This document shows positions 1 through 12,496 of a stretch of DNA of 64,000 nt, in pieces. The notes beneath the pieces were generated by a model that saw only the letters and a list, made by a program, of their open reading frames with translations, did not search any database and was not told the origin of the DNA. How positions within the stretch are numbered: the first letter of the stretch is position 1; each line of letters opens with the position of its first letter. The translations under genes were made by a program, and so were the position numbers. The stretch is from Octopus sinensis (taxonomy: Eukaryota): NCBI RefSeq assembly GCF_006345805.1, contig NC_042997.1:78554001-78618000 (forward strand). Direction: 5' to 3'.

Positions 1-1325
1 GTCATGAATCAGATTTAACTACTACGAGACAGACATTTCAATTGAAGCGTCTTCAATGCTGATGTTGGTTTGTTAGGATTTCTACGAGCGTAACACTTTC
101 TCAACAGATTACTGAAAATATCTTCTGGAGTTACAGGATGTTAAAGACCTCCAGATTCTTAATGTGTCGACTTTATCCGGTTTCTATCTCACTTCATATG
201 GAAGTATGGAAACAATGCTCGGCAGACGAGAACCTTGGTATAGAGGCTGAGATGGTTGTTTATAAAGACTCTTTTCCTTTGTAAAGGATATAGAGACCTG
301 CAATAAGGTGGTTTAGAATATCTTCGTTCAGTGTATAGTCGTTGTAAATTACGTTACCTCGTTATCTGAATTGGATGAGTGCGGCTAGCTCTTGTTATTG
401 TAAGTAGAGAGTTAACTGAAGAGAGAGCGGTGAAGTTTACAATGTTAAACGTCAAATCTTTTTACTTGTAAGCTGTAACAGCTGTCGAAATAATGGTTTG
501 AAGACTTCCGAAGTGTGAGCTATAAGGATGCACTCATCAGCATACTGTATTTCCATGATCTGTTCAGATTTTAGCTGGGTACTGGCCTGCAACCTTCTCG
601 TGTTGAATAAGTTCCCATTGACTTTGAAGTTAATAGCGACTTCCGCCTTCATTATTTTGCATAAAAGCATGGTAATACAGATGTCGAAAATATTCTTTTC
701 TACTCTAGGCACAAGGCTCGAAATTTTGGGGGAAGGGGCCAGTCGATTAGATCGGCCCCACTTGCGCAACTTGTACTTAATTTAACGACCCCGAATAGAT
801 GAAAGGCAAAGTTGGCCACGGCGGAATTTGAACTTAGAACGTAAAGGCAGACGAAATACCGCTAAGCACTTCGCCCGGCGTGCTAACATCTCTGCCATCT
901 CACCACCTTAGATGTCGAAAATATTAAACAGTACAAGCGCCAGTAGGCACTCTTCTTAAACTTCGAGTTTTATACTAACGGACTGAAGTTTCTGCCCTCC
1001 AACAGCAACACAGACCAGCAAATCTGTATGATATGATGGTCATATATGGTAGAAGATAAGCAACCAAAATTTCTGTGAAAACCCTATAGATCTTCCGGTT
1101 AATAGTACTAAAATCCTTCCATAATTGCAATGAGCAGGTCGTCATGTTGCTTTCTAGATTTCGTCTGAAGCTATTTATTGTATGATGGAAATCACGTCGA
1201 ACATGTATCAATCCCTGTGTAAGCTGCACAATTCTCGTGTAGTTTTCCGATATTGGCTGAATCAATCTTTTCAGCACAACCTTACTCAGGACTTACTTTG
1301 CAGAGGACAGAGTTTTAAACCCATT
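1..1325 (-). mobile_element. Degenerate RTE-clade LINE remnant (RT to 3' region), interrupted by a SINE
   Basis: ORF 452-769 reads NFKVNGNLFNTRRLQASTQLKSEQIMEIQYADECILIAH, homologous to the RT of the RTE at 8898-9010 (PFNRRRLQAHTK...LLFADDAVLVAH). The segment 926-1325 carries upstream RT remnants (VLKRLIQPISE; KDFSTINR). Confidence 0.8.
695..909 (-). mobile_element. tRNA-derived SINE with 16-bp target-site duplication
   Basis: AGATGTCGAAAATATT is repeated at 679-694 and 910-925. The body is homologous to the SINEs at 24757-24895 and 46079-46455, with a B-box-like GTTCAAATTCC. Confidence 0.85.
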
Positions 1326-1339
1326 TTCAAATCCAATGC

Positions 1340-1855
1340 AACATAAGTCCATCTACTAGAACAAGGAAAACAAAGCAACAAATAGATTTTTCTTCTTTAT
1401 TTTAGCAGTAAATGATATAATTCTTCTAGCGAGAAGTATATATGCCAATGATGTATATATAGTTCTGGTTCCACACTTCCGTGATGTATTGATGAAGAGT
1501 GCTTGCTCAACAATTACTACACTTCTTCGAGAATTCTGATGAAATATTGTCCGGCCCAGAAGATTTAAGATTTTCACGAAAATATTAACTTTAGCAAAAG
1601 TTGGTGGCTCGTCAAATGATTTAGAAGCTGATAGAAATTTTCAATATTTCTGACTAATCATGGTACAGTTCTCGAGGCCATGGGTGTGTTTATTATGTCC
1701 TAGAAATTGTGCGTATCATGCTTTTGTGCATGCATCTAGATTCCTTGAGGTTTTGTAATCTGCTCCATCATTCATTCTTCAATGTACGAATTATAGATTA
1801 AGCTTCTCTGCTTATTTAGCTATTCAATTACAAGCATACTGAAACACCGGCGCCT
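1340..1855 (-). mobile_element. Penelope-like element N-terminal remnant (inverted relative to the adjacent RT piece)
   Basis: Minus-strand peptide (KSFDEPPTFAKVNIF...LFINTSRKCGTRTIYTSLAYILLARRIISFTAK) resembles the PLE pre-RT region FEDDL...LFVxADKTxNIY...LLxxNITxxYKK. Highly degenerate. Confidence 0.4.
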
Positions 1856-1859
1856 CAGA

Positions 1860-2620
1860 GAATTCTACGTCATTGAATTGTATGTAAGGTCAACATAAAT
1901 CCTTTAAATGTGGGGGTGTTGTTCTCCGAAGCCGAAATCTAACAGCGAAAAGCATATTCGTGTCTGCTGGAATGTATTAGCAAAAATTCAGTACTACGTT
2001 TATTAACAGTACCTTATTGATAATCTGATTTAATAGTATAAATAGAAAACAACAATACTATTAACACAGCTTGGCACTATAAATTAGTGTAGATCACTGA
2101 TCATGTGATTAATATTATAAAGCATGCAAGAACCGCGATAGCGTCTTTTAAAAATGTTGTGGATTAAGAAAAAATGGTGTTGCTTCTGTCAATGTTTATA
2201 TAATCTAAAAAGATTTGGCAGAAGTTTGTGTAATTATTGGATTATATATTTTTACATTTAATCCATAAATGATTCCAGGACTTAAAGTAAGATTTATACA
2301 CCTTACTGCATTGTTGAAAGAAGTAGATTTACACATTAGTGTGAGCAGTAGCCTTAAATAGTCATTTTTACATATTACCTTAGATTTAGACTGTAGGAAA
2401 TACCAATCTAATTTAAAGACAAATAAGATATCCCTATGCATAAATATGAATTCTGATCCCCGACTGGCCATATTGTGAAAAATATTTATATTTGTTTGTC
2501 CACCATATTAGGAACATCCATTCGACAGCCTCTTAAAATATCTTCAGAGTGGTTTTAAGTAAAATATTTATTACATGCCAAATAATCCTAACAACCTTAA
2601 CAGACACAAGATCACAAATT
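1860..2620 (+). mobile_element. Penelope-like RT remnant
   Basis: Broken frames give ITDHVINIIKHART, DLAEVCVIIGLYIL and SFLHITLDLDCRKYQSNLKTNKISLCINMNS. These match the PLE RT motifs IIxHARKSLLF, DGAEICELVGLYIL and FLDVTLNLxxxxYxPYxKPN. Confidence 0.55.
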
Positions 2621-4039
2621 TCGAGATTCTATGGAATTATCCTTCTTTTAATTTAGATGTAAGCACTAGCACACCCAATTATAACTATATATACAGACTA
2701 GTTTTTAGCTGAACTTATATTGAAATCAATTAAAATTATATTACATGTAATTGCGTCAAGGCAGTAAAATGACATTGAAATGGCAATTGCTTAGCTATTT
2801 CCATTATATACCATGTAAACAATGATTCACATGTTAAATTGTATAACGATCTTATGATAAATCTATTCACTGTCGTATGTGTGCTTGTGTCGTGTGTGTG
2901 AGAGAGGGTAGGTGTGTGTGTGGGTATGTGTGTTTGTACATCGGTAAGTGTATATGTGTATGTATATGTATATATAAGAGAAAGGAAGAATGGCCAGAGC
3001 ATAGAGGACGTATGAATGTCAGTGCCTGTGGGTGTGCGAGCAAGCGCGCGCGTGTGTGTGCATATATGGTGGGTATGTGTGTGTGTGTGTGTGTGTGTGC
3101 ATATATGGCCCGTATGTGTGTCTGCAAGCCAGTATGTATATTTATACGCCTAAGGGATAGAATAGTGGTTGAATAGACACAATAGTGTATATCTGTGCAT
3201 TAGCGTATAATAAGGGATATGTGTGAATATATGAGGAAGGGGACTGAAGTAAAATATGTGAAATTTGTGTATGAGGAAACTGTGTATTGTGGAAAGTGAG
3301 TTAGTGTGTTGAAGGTGCGTGTGTAAGTGGGATAGGCTGATGAGGGGTGACATGCAGGGGCTGGGATAACGGGGGTGTTGTCGGTAGAGCTGCAGAGATA
3401 AGGGGAAAGTGGGCAACGGAAATAGTGTAATTCTAGAGAAGGCGAAGATTCGAGTCCGGTATTATCTGTTAAATTTTACTACACAATCTTATTCTAACCG
3501 TCTCTACTCTTTCTCTTTTTACTTCACTCACTCATGACATACAGACATACACACGCGCACACACAAAGATGTGGGTGGGGTGTAAAGAGAAAAGAAAGCG
3601 GAAGAAGGAACAAAATAAGAGCGGTTGTTTATAAGATATTTAGTCATACCATCTCATGTGCGTTTCATTGACAAAAAATTATTATCAGTCACATAATGTA
3701 AATTATATAGTCAAAGGGCATTGTCAAATCCTCAGAGATACGTTTCTCGCATTTATAATTTTATTAGATTAGTGTCATCGCTGGGTAAGCAAAGCAAACA
3801 CCAGTGTCTGCTTAGCGAGTGATGGCAATTCTCACTAATTCAGCAAAATCAAGAATGAAAGATTCATTACTCTGAAGATTTGACCATGCGATTTGACCAA
3901 TATAATTTACATTATATAACTTCGCTAATGAAATGCGCATAAGATGGAGCGACTAAATGTCTTATAAACAGTTTTCCTGTTTTGTTTTTCATATGTACTA
4001 TCTGGCATACCTGACCAAATGACCAAATTTCTATCCCCC

Positions 4040-4104
4040 ATACATATATATATATATGTGTGTATGTGGGTGAGAGATAGATAGAGAGAGAAAGATAGAG
4101 AGAG

Positions 4105-4167
<63 letters not shown>

Positions 4168-4225
4168 GTGTGGTGTGTGTGTGTGTGTGTATATGTATGT
4201 ATGTATATATATATATATAAGTATG

Positions 4226-4256
<31 letters not shown>

Positions 4257-4273
4257 TATATATAATATATAAG

Positions 4274-4304
<31 letters not shown>
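4040..4304. repeat. Compound (TA)n/(TG)n/(GA)n microsatellite
   Basis: Direct reading. Confidence 0.95.
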
Positions 4305-4306
<2 letters not shown>

Positions 4307-4491
4307 CCATGTTGATTCGTTAGCTACTGCACGCATTTTTTTTCTCTCTGTGTATCTTTCTGTTGAAGAGCGTAGGCTCGAAACGTTAAAGACTTGTTTT
4401 ATTTATATTTCCTGAGCGCCATACTAATACAATTGTTCGTTTGTTTTCCACCTGCCTTCGTCTTTTGTCTATTTTCATAAAGCTTCCCGTT
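4305..4491 (+). mobile_element. PLE pseudo-LTR-like repeat, family 1 (hammerhead-bearing), flanked by (TA)n
   Basis: Near-identical copy at ~35287-35488 and a truncated, diverged copy at 60052-60172. Contains a minimal hammerhead motif. Confidence 0.7.
4355..4392 (+). ncRNA. Minimal type I hammerhead ribozyme motif, A6U core variant
   Basis: Stem I TCTTT/AAAGA, core CTGTTGA plus one extra A, stem II GAGC-GTAG-GCTC, GAA, palindromic stem III ACGT, cleavage triplet GUU. Confidence 0.6.
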
Positions 4492-4501
4492 ATATATATA
4501 T

Positions 4502-4554
<53 letters not shown>

Positions 4555-5854
4555 CAAGGAGTACTCAAAAGAAACCGGAATTTTGCAATGTTATGTTATT
4601 CACTTAGATTTACTTGTTCACACGTTTATCGCCTTCAAAGTATTCTCCATTTGAAGCGATCCATCAGTCCAGACGCCTTTTTTACACTATTCAAAACAGC
4701 CCCGGAACTCTTACGAAGTGATGCCTTTTAACGCCTCCGTCGTTTTTTTTATTCACCTATTCCACATCTGCAAAACGTTTGCCTTTAAGGACTTCTTTCA
4801 TTCGGGGAAACAAAAAACTTCACAGGGAGCAAGATCGAGTGAATAGAGAGGGTAGGTAAGTCATTTTTAGTCAAAAACTGTCTCACACTTCAGGCGGTGT
4901 GCGCAGGCGCATTGTCGTGCTGAAACAACCACTCTCCACTTTGCCACAGGTCGGGGTGTATTCGTCTCAGCTCGTCTCGCAAATGTTACAGAACTGCCAA
5001 GTAAAATGTCTGGTTAACTGTTTGACCAGGAGGAACAAATTTTGTGTGGACAATTCATTTCGCATCGATGAAACAAATCCGCATCGTCTTGACATTGGAC
5101 TTCCGTTGACGCACTTGGTGGGGTGAGGGGCGTGTTGATATTGAATGCTTACATTGACTTGATTGCTGCTTCGTTTCCAGGTCGTAGCCGTAGCACTACC
5201 TTTCGTCACCAATGATGACCTTCAAAAAAAGGTCCAGATCAACTTCCAACTGTTCTTTCAGTTCCCGACACGCATTCAGTCGCGGCTGCTTTTGATTTTC
5301 CTTGAGCAAGCGTGGCACAAATTTTGATGCAACGCTTTTCATTCGCAATTCCTCGCTCAAAATTCGTTGGCAGGAGCTCCAGGACACACCAGTGATATCA
5401 ACAAACTGGCCAATTGTTCAGATCAGTTTATGAATTTTCATGAGATATTCATTCGTTCGAAAGGTCGACGGTCGCCCTGAACGAGGTTCGTCTTCAAGCG
5501 ACAAGTGACCATTCCTAAAGCGTGAAAACCACTCGTAAACTTGTGTTTTGTTCATGGCAGCGTCTTGTAAGCTGTTTGAAGCACGACAACTGCTTCGGCC
5601 GCTATTTTCCTCAGCAGAAAATAGGATTTCACGGAAGCACGCTGTTCCTTCGTTTCAGCCATTGCAAAAATCGATGAACAGGAGAGAAGCACTGCAAAAC
5701 AAAGACGCACCAAATGGCAGACGGACTGCAATAGACACCGACCGGCAGATTAATGCCTGGGGGTTGCATTAAGTGGCTTTTAGAGGCGGAAGCCTGAACT
5801 ACAACAGGCTTGTCCCACAGAGAACGTTTCCGGTTACTTTTGGGTACCCTCTCG
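4555..5854 (-). mobile_element. Mariner DNA transposon (1300 bp), complete with TIRs, inactive
   Basis: Imperfect TIRs CAAGGAGTACTCAAAAGAAACCGGAA and reverse complement CGAGAGGGTACCCAAAAGTAACCGGAA, with TA on both flanks. Transposase motifs are present. Confidence 0.9.
4608..5662 (-). pseudogene. Mariner DD34D transposase pseudogene
   Basis: MAETKEQRASVK...YEWFSRF; KFVPRLL...IIGDE; HDNAPAHTA; DLAPCE; ends GEYFEGDKRVNK*. Several frameshifts and stops. Confidence 0.85.
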
Positions 5855-6125
5855 TATATATAGTTAATGACAGAAACAGCATTTATATCAAAAGGTAAAA
5901 TTTAGCCCCAATTAAAAGTAGATGTTCTGTTAAAACACCGAATACTGCATTATTTACCATGAGAGATAATAGCAGACGATTACCTCCCGCTAGCGTTATA
6001 AACACGAGTACTTATATGCACCAAAAGTCCTTATAAACGATTTGTCATGATAAATAGCGCAGTATTCTGTGTTCTGGCATACAGTCCACTTTTAAATGGA
6101 TATACATGTGTGCGTGTGTGTGTGT

Positions 6126-6194
<69 letters not shown>

Positions 6195-6214
6195 AGGTCA
6201 CTTGAGTGTTACTG

Positions 6215-6270
6215 GTACCATGTAGTCCAGTACAACCAGTACATGGTCGGGTCGTCGGCGACTAAACTGG
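6215..6270 (+). ncRNA. Candidate degenerate HDV-like ribozyme at the RTE 5' end
   Basis: P1 ACCATG/CATGGT, P2 CCAGT/ACTGG, GG at 6249-6250, P4 TCG-TCGG-CGA and J4/2 CTAA occur in the correct nested order. The P3/L3 segment is short and atypical. Confidence 0.35.
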
Positions 6271-6683
6271 CAACCCCACCAGGCTTGCTTGGTGAGGCGG
6301 GTGTTTGTTGGACACCCTGCCGAACAAAAAATAAGACCTGTCAAAGGGCAGAAGAACTACAGCGTATTCAACGGCCATCCAACGCTCTGCTGCCTTGTAG
6401 ATAGACTTTTTAGTCAAAGGCTCCGGGTGGGGTCTCCTAAGCTAACCCCTTACTCCGGCCTAGGCAACCGGATAGTATACGCCTACTGAAAACCATGGAT
6501 CCTTTTCTCTCTTTCGCCATGGTTTGGAAGGCATGGGCAGGAGGGGCTCGTCAGCCATGGTTGGCAACCCTCCTAGGAGAGGATAACTCCGACTTCAAAC
6601 CTACGGCCCGAGGATCACGCTGTCACTGTCCCAGCTTGCTAGGCCATGGCAGATGAACCTCGTGCTTAAAGGGTGGGGCCAGT

Positions 6684-9600
6684 TTGCGCGCACTGCTCTT
6701 CACCTTAAAAAACTCCCTAGCGCAGAAAAGTAAGCAGGAGTTGAAAGTTGCCTGCTGGAATATCAGGACCATGCTTGACAAGGCTGACAGCAGCCGCCCG
6801 GAACGTCGTTCGGCTCTCATAGCCCATGAGCTCTCCCGTCTCAACATTGACATAGCAGCTCTCAGCGAGGTCCGCTTCGCTGACGTGGGCAGCCTCAAAA
6901 AACACGGCGCTGGCTACACCCTCTTCTGGTCCGGAAAACCATCATCTGAAAATCGTGTGTCAGGTATAGGACTCATGGTGAGGAATTCCATCACCTCCAA
7001 ACTGGAAACGTTACCCACGGGCCACTCCGAATCGCATCATATCCATGCGCCTACCACTAGAGAGCAAACAACATCTCACTCTCTTCAGTGTTTATGCTCC
7101 AACTCTACTGGCAGATCCCGCAGACAAAGACAGCTTCTATTCTGATCTGCGCAGACTCCTGAACAACACCCCTGCAAACGACAAGGTCCTGATCCTTGGC
7201 GACTTCAACGCAAGAGTTGGGAAGGACTCTGAGGCTTGGAAAGAATTCCTTGGAAGACACGGCATTGGTGGCTGTAATGACAACGGGCTCCTCCTGCTCG
7301 AGTTCTGCACAGAGCACCAACTTGCTATTACCAACACAATCTTCCAACAGAAAGATCGTCTGAAAACAACTTGGATGCATCCCCGGTCCAAACATTGGCA
7401 TCTACTTGACTATGTGCTTGTGCGCCAGCGGGACCTGAAAGATGTCCTACACACAAGAGTGATGCCCAGAGCAGAGTTCCACACCGACCATCGCCTTGTC
7501 GGCTGCAAGCTCAAACTGCAGTTCAAACCCAAACCCAAGAAGAAAAGTAACCCCATAAAGAAACTCAATGTCGACAGCTTGTGCCGGTAGGAAGTGAAAA
7601 TCAAGTTCCAAGTAAACCTGCAGCAAAGACTAGACGAATCCCCCTGCACTGATGACACCACCATAGACACCTTGTAGGAGAACCTGAATCAGCCATCCTT
7701 AAGACATCTATGGAAGTTCTTGGGCACACAAAGAAACAAAACGAGGACTGGTTCGATGAAAATGACAAGGAGATCCAGGAATTAGTAGCAAGGAAGAGGG
7801 CAGCTCATCAGGCCCCCCTCGCACAACCAGCCTGTCTTGTGAAGAAAACAGCCTTTCGTCGCGCATGCAGCATCCTACAGCGAAAACTGAGAGAAATGCA
7901 GGTGGGACCACCTGGCGCGGAGAACCCAGCTGTGCGCTGACCTCGGAGACTATGGAGACTTCTATGAGGCTCTGAAAGCAGTGTATGGCCCCACCCACCT
8001 GGTCCAGAGTCCCCTACGCAGTTTAGATGGACAGGACCTCCTCACCAATAACACCCCCATCCTCGCTCGCTGGTTCGAGCACTTCCAAAGCCTCTTCAGT
8101 GCTAACCGTACCGTACAGGGCGCTGCCATCCTTCGCATTCCTCAACTTCCACTCAAAGAGGAGCTCAACAAACCACCCACCCTCGAAGAAACGATTGAAG
8201 CCATAGGACAACTCAAGAGTCGCAAAGCAGCAGGAGTTGACGGCATCCCACCAGAAATCTGGAAGAATGGAGGTCCAATGCTCCATGACAAGCTTCATGA
8301 TTTTCTTGTCTGCTGCTGGGACAAGAGCAAGCTACCACAGGATCTTCGCGACGTCGTCATCATAACCCTGTACAATAACAAGGGTGAAAAGTCTGACTGC
8401 TCCAACTACCGGGGAATCACCCTGCTCTCCATCGCTGGCAAAGTACTTGCCAGGATCCTGCTCAATAGGCTACTACCAACCATCGCTGAAGAAAACCTCC
8501 CCGAGAGCCAGTGTGGCTTCAGAGCCAACAGAGGCACAAGGGATATGGTGTTCGTCCTCCGCCAACTCCAGGAGAAGTGCCGAGAACAAAACAGGGGACT
8601 CTATGCTACTTTCGTCGACCTTACAAAAGCATTTGACACAGTGAGCAGGACAGGACTATGGCTCATCCTGGAACGACTTGGCTGTCCCACCAAGTTTCTA
8701 CAGATGGTGATCCAGCTGCATGAGAATCAGCGTGGTCAGATCAGACTCAATGCTGACCTGCAGGAGCCCTTCCCCATTTCCAACGGCGTGAAGCAGGGTT
8801 GCGTCCTGGCACCGACTCCCTTCAACATCTTCTTCAGCATGATGATCAAGCATGCAACTGAAGATATGGGGGATGAGGATGAGGTGCATGTTAGGTATTG
8901 TCTGGATGGCAGTCCCTTCAATCGACGGCGCCTCCAAGCCCACACCAAGACCCAGGAGAGGTTGATTCGAGACCTTCTCTTCGCAGACGACGCTGTCCTT
9001 GTCGCCCACACAGAGCGAGCTCTGCAGCGCATCACGTCCTGCTTTGCAGATGCCTCGCAGCTCTTTGGCCTGGAGGTCAGCCTCAAGAAGACGGAGGTGC
9101 TTCACCAACCTACACCCCAAAAGAATACCGCCCACCCCACATCACTATCTACAGTACCGAACTGAAATTAACACAGCAGTTTACATACCTGGGCTGCATC
9201 ATCTCATCCGATGCAAGGATCGACAAGGAAATTAACAATAGACTTTCTAAGGCAAATAGCTCCTTTGGCAGATTGTACAAACGTGTTTGGCACAATGGTG
9301 GCCTGAAGAACAAAACAAAGATCAGTGTCTACAGGGCAGTGGTTCTCACCACTCTTCTCTACGGCTCAGAGACCTGGATCACTTACCGCAGTCACATCTG
9401 TCTCCTTGAGCGCTTCCACCAGCGATGTTTCCGCACCATCCTCAACATTCACTGAACTGACTTCCTCACAAACATTGAAGTCTTGGAGCGGGCCGAGATC
9501 CCCAGCATTGAAACCACGCTACTGAAGTACCACCTCCGATGGGCAGGGCATGTCTCCAGAATGGAGAACAATCGCCTTCCAAAGATTGCCCTGTTTGGCG

Positions 9601-9941
9601 AACTCTCCACCGACCACCGAGTGAGAGGAGCTCCGAGGAAGCACTACAAAAACTGCCTCAAGAAGTCTCTAACAGCATGTCAAATTAACCACCAATACTG
9701 ATCAGACCTGGCTGCGGACCTTGATGTCTGGCGCCACACAATCTTCAATGCAGTCAGCAAGTTTGAGGAACAAAGAAGATACACACTTAAAGACAAGAGA
9801 CGCAGGAGGAAGGCGCGAGCCGCCTCTGACACCACATCGGATGTTACCTTCGTCTGTAAACACTGCTCACAGACCTGCTTTTCCCATATTGGACTTGTCA
9901 GTCATGAGCGTGAATGCACGCGACGTGGACAGCCTTCCTGA
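6684..9941 (+). pseudogene. RTE APE-RT-zinc finger polyprotein, disrupted
   Basis: APE motifs: ACWNIRTM, IAALSEVR, ILGDFNARVG, WHLLDYVLV, TDHRLV. RT motifs: NYRGITLLS, FVDLTKAFD, GVKQGCVLAP, LFADD. C-terminal CKHCSQTCFSHIGLVSHEREC. Frameshifts near 7040, 7688, 7900 and 9120; stops at 7588, 7675, 9453 and 9699. Confidence 0.92.
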
Positions 9942-9995
9942 TCTTCGTTCGCGAAGCCAAGCCATGCCATATATGTATATGCATGTATATGTTTT

Positions 9996-10083
<88 letters not shown>

Positions 10084-10199
10084 GTGTGTGTGTGTGTGTG
10101 TGTGTTTTGTTATATTTCGGAATGCTCATTTTGCCAGTTTAGCCAATAAACGTACTATATATATGTGCATATATGTATGTATATATATATATACATAAA

Positions 10200-11100
10200 A
10201 CGGAATCAGAACGTAACGGACGACAATAAAAACATACGGACATTTAGACGATACAAAGACGGACAGGAAAAACCAGGACAGATCGTTCATGGCCCTCTAT
10301 TCATCAGTCAAGTTTCCAATTATCATTACAGTTTCGGCCAGTTACACTTGAGACTGTTCAAAATTGGTAGGCCCCCGTTTCATATTTTATTTTCATGGAA
10401 TCATCAGCATAAAAAAATCCCTCGTTTCTATGTCTTGAATGCAATAGAAATGATAACTCGAAAGTTCGACAATTGGATCCGTCTTGGTTCTTGAAATAAA
10501 TTAATGTGTACTTTTGTTTATTTCACTTCAAATATTTTATTGCTTCTAATAAAACAGCAAAAATCAAAATCAGTCCATTAATCAGGTCCTTGTCATAAAC
10601 ACATTTTATGCAAAAAGATTTAATAAAATTTTGCTTTGAAATATTCCAAAACAATTTATTCATATCAGTTTTCGAATACTGGCAATGACCTGGTATTTCC
10701 CACGGGTAAATAAAAAGAAATGCTTAAAGTACGAACTGCTAGTTATTTCTCCTCAGGTATTATATTTTTTAAAAGAACTGTCAGCATTCTTTAGTTCGTA
10801 TTTTGTGCCAGGATAAGTTATTTTTAAATACAATTCTGAGCATTTTTCATGACCTACGATTTGTTTACAAACTTCTTTGAAAAAATACTTCTTTCGTATA
10901 TGTAAAACTTCCGAAACAATGTTTAAAATAGCAACTGCGTTCCATTGTTTTACGGTGTTTACTTTTTCATTATATAAGAAGAATTTCTGGTTAATAATTT
11001 TTATCACATTTTAAACACAAATGTAGATACAAGGTCGTATTTGTAACAGAAGAGAAAAGGCGATCGAAAGTAGAACGTGTCTAGTAGTCAGTTTACTCTG
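10200..11100 (-). mobile_element. Penelope-like RT remnant with degenerate pLTR/hammerhead core
   Basis: ORF 10753-11007 (KQWNAVAILN...YPGTKYELKNADSSFKKY) resembles PLE NQWKNTxAVLxWF...FYPSIxExLLxKAIxFAKxY. CTGATGA-ATAG/CCAT-GAAC lies on the minus strand at 10275-10312. Confidence 0.4.
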
Positions 11101-11199
11101 TCAAGAAATCCAGCCACCTTTAAATTCAGAACATCGATAGGCAAGACTCGATACTGCAAGATATTTAGTCTATTATTCTACTAAACTAATTATAACTGT

Positions 11200-11452
11200 T
11201 AATAATTTTTACAATAATGAATTTATGGAAACTTTAAAAAGTATAAGCGCCATTTTCCGTGCAACGGTAAAGTCAGTCCTTTTATATGAAGCAATAATCT
11301 TGACGCTTACCAAAACACTGGAATCCAAGGTAGACGAACTTACGCTCGAATGTTAAGAACAGTCTTAAACATACCTTGGAGAACTCAAACCACCAAGAAA
11401 CAACTGTATGGAGGTCTCCTGCCTATTTCCACCGTTATAAAGGAAAGGTGCT
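11200..11452 (+). mobile_element. RTE-like LINE 3' remnant
   Basis: IFRATVKSVLLYEA...YARMLRTVLNIPW matches the post-RT motif FRAxVESVLLYG...RMLRxxLNIxW. Confidence 0.6.
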
Positions 11453-12009
11453 TATATATGTGTGTGTGTGTGTGTGTGTGTTGTGTGTGTGTGTGTATAC
11501 ATACATACATAAACTCACTAGAGACACTGGATTCCTCCTCGAAGACCCCTTTCCCCTCAACTAATGCAGGACCGAGATGGATTTCGTGCGTGGGTTAGAA
11601 ATGCATGCTTTTTCTGAACTCACTACTTTTTACACTCGCTCCTCTTATTTCTATTTTCTGCGACCTTCAAAGTATATTTCATTCTGAGCTATTCATTAAA
11701 TATTTTGCAGGGATCTTTGCAATACACTCGTTCGTGACCATCAGACAATGTCTATTCATTTCGAGCATTAAAATCAAGTCTACAGATCAAATGTATCGGG
11801 CTTGTAGATATCTTCCAATTTTGTATAGGCTTCTGTATAGTGCCAACTAAGATCTCCCGCTGTGACTCAACTAATAAAAAAATATTTCAGTATTTTCATT
11901 TGTTCGAGTATTTCATTTGTTTAATGAGTAAGTCAAATACAGAAAATGTTTGAATTTTACAACCATTTCAAGGTCTGCTACTGTCAAAGATGCTTTTTTC
12001 TGTTAATTA

Positions 12010-12496
<487 letters not shown>

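Larger units (their letters stand above)
6195..9970 (+). mobile_element. Near-full-length RTE-clade (BovB-like) LINE inserted in (TA)n(TG)n
   Basis: ~490-bp 5' UTR, APE endonuclease, RT and a C-terminal C2HC finger. The 3' end TCTTCGTTCGCGAAGCCAAGCCATGCCAT has a short pentamer tail. Confidence 0.95.

Noticed and set aside
3440-3470. B-box-like GATTCGAGTCC
   Set aside because: No A box or cloverleaf, so it is not a tRNA gene.
7588-9701. All four RTE stops are TAG or TGA, three at conserved Trp positions, so they could in theory be recoded by A-to-I editing
   Set aside because: Trp-to-stop is the expected outcome of ordinary transitions, and four frameshifts including a multi-base deletion cannot be fixed by editing.
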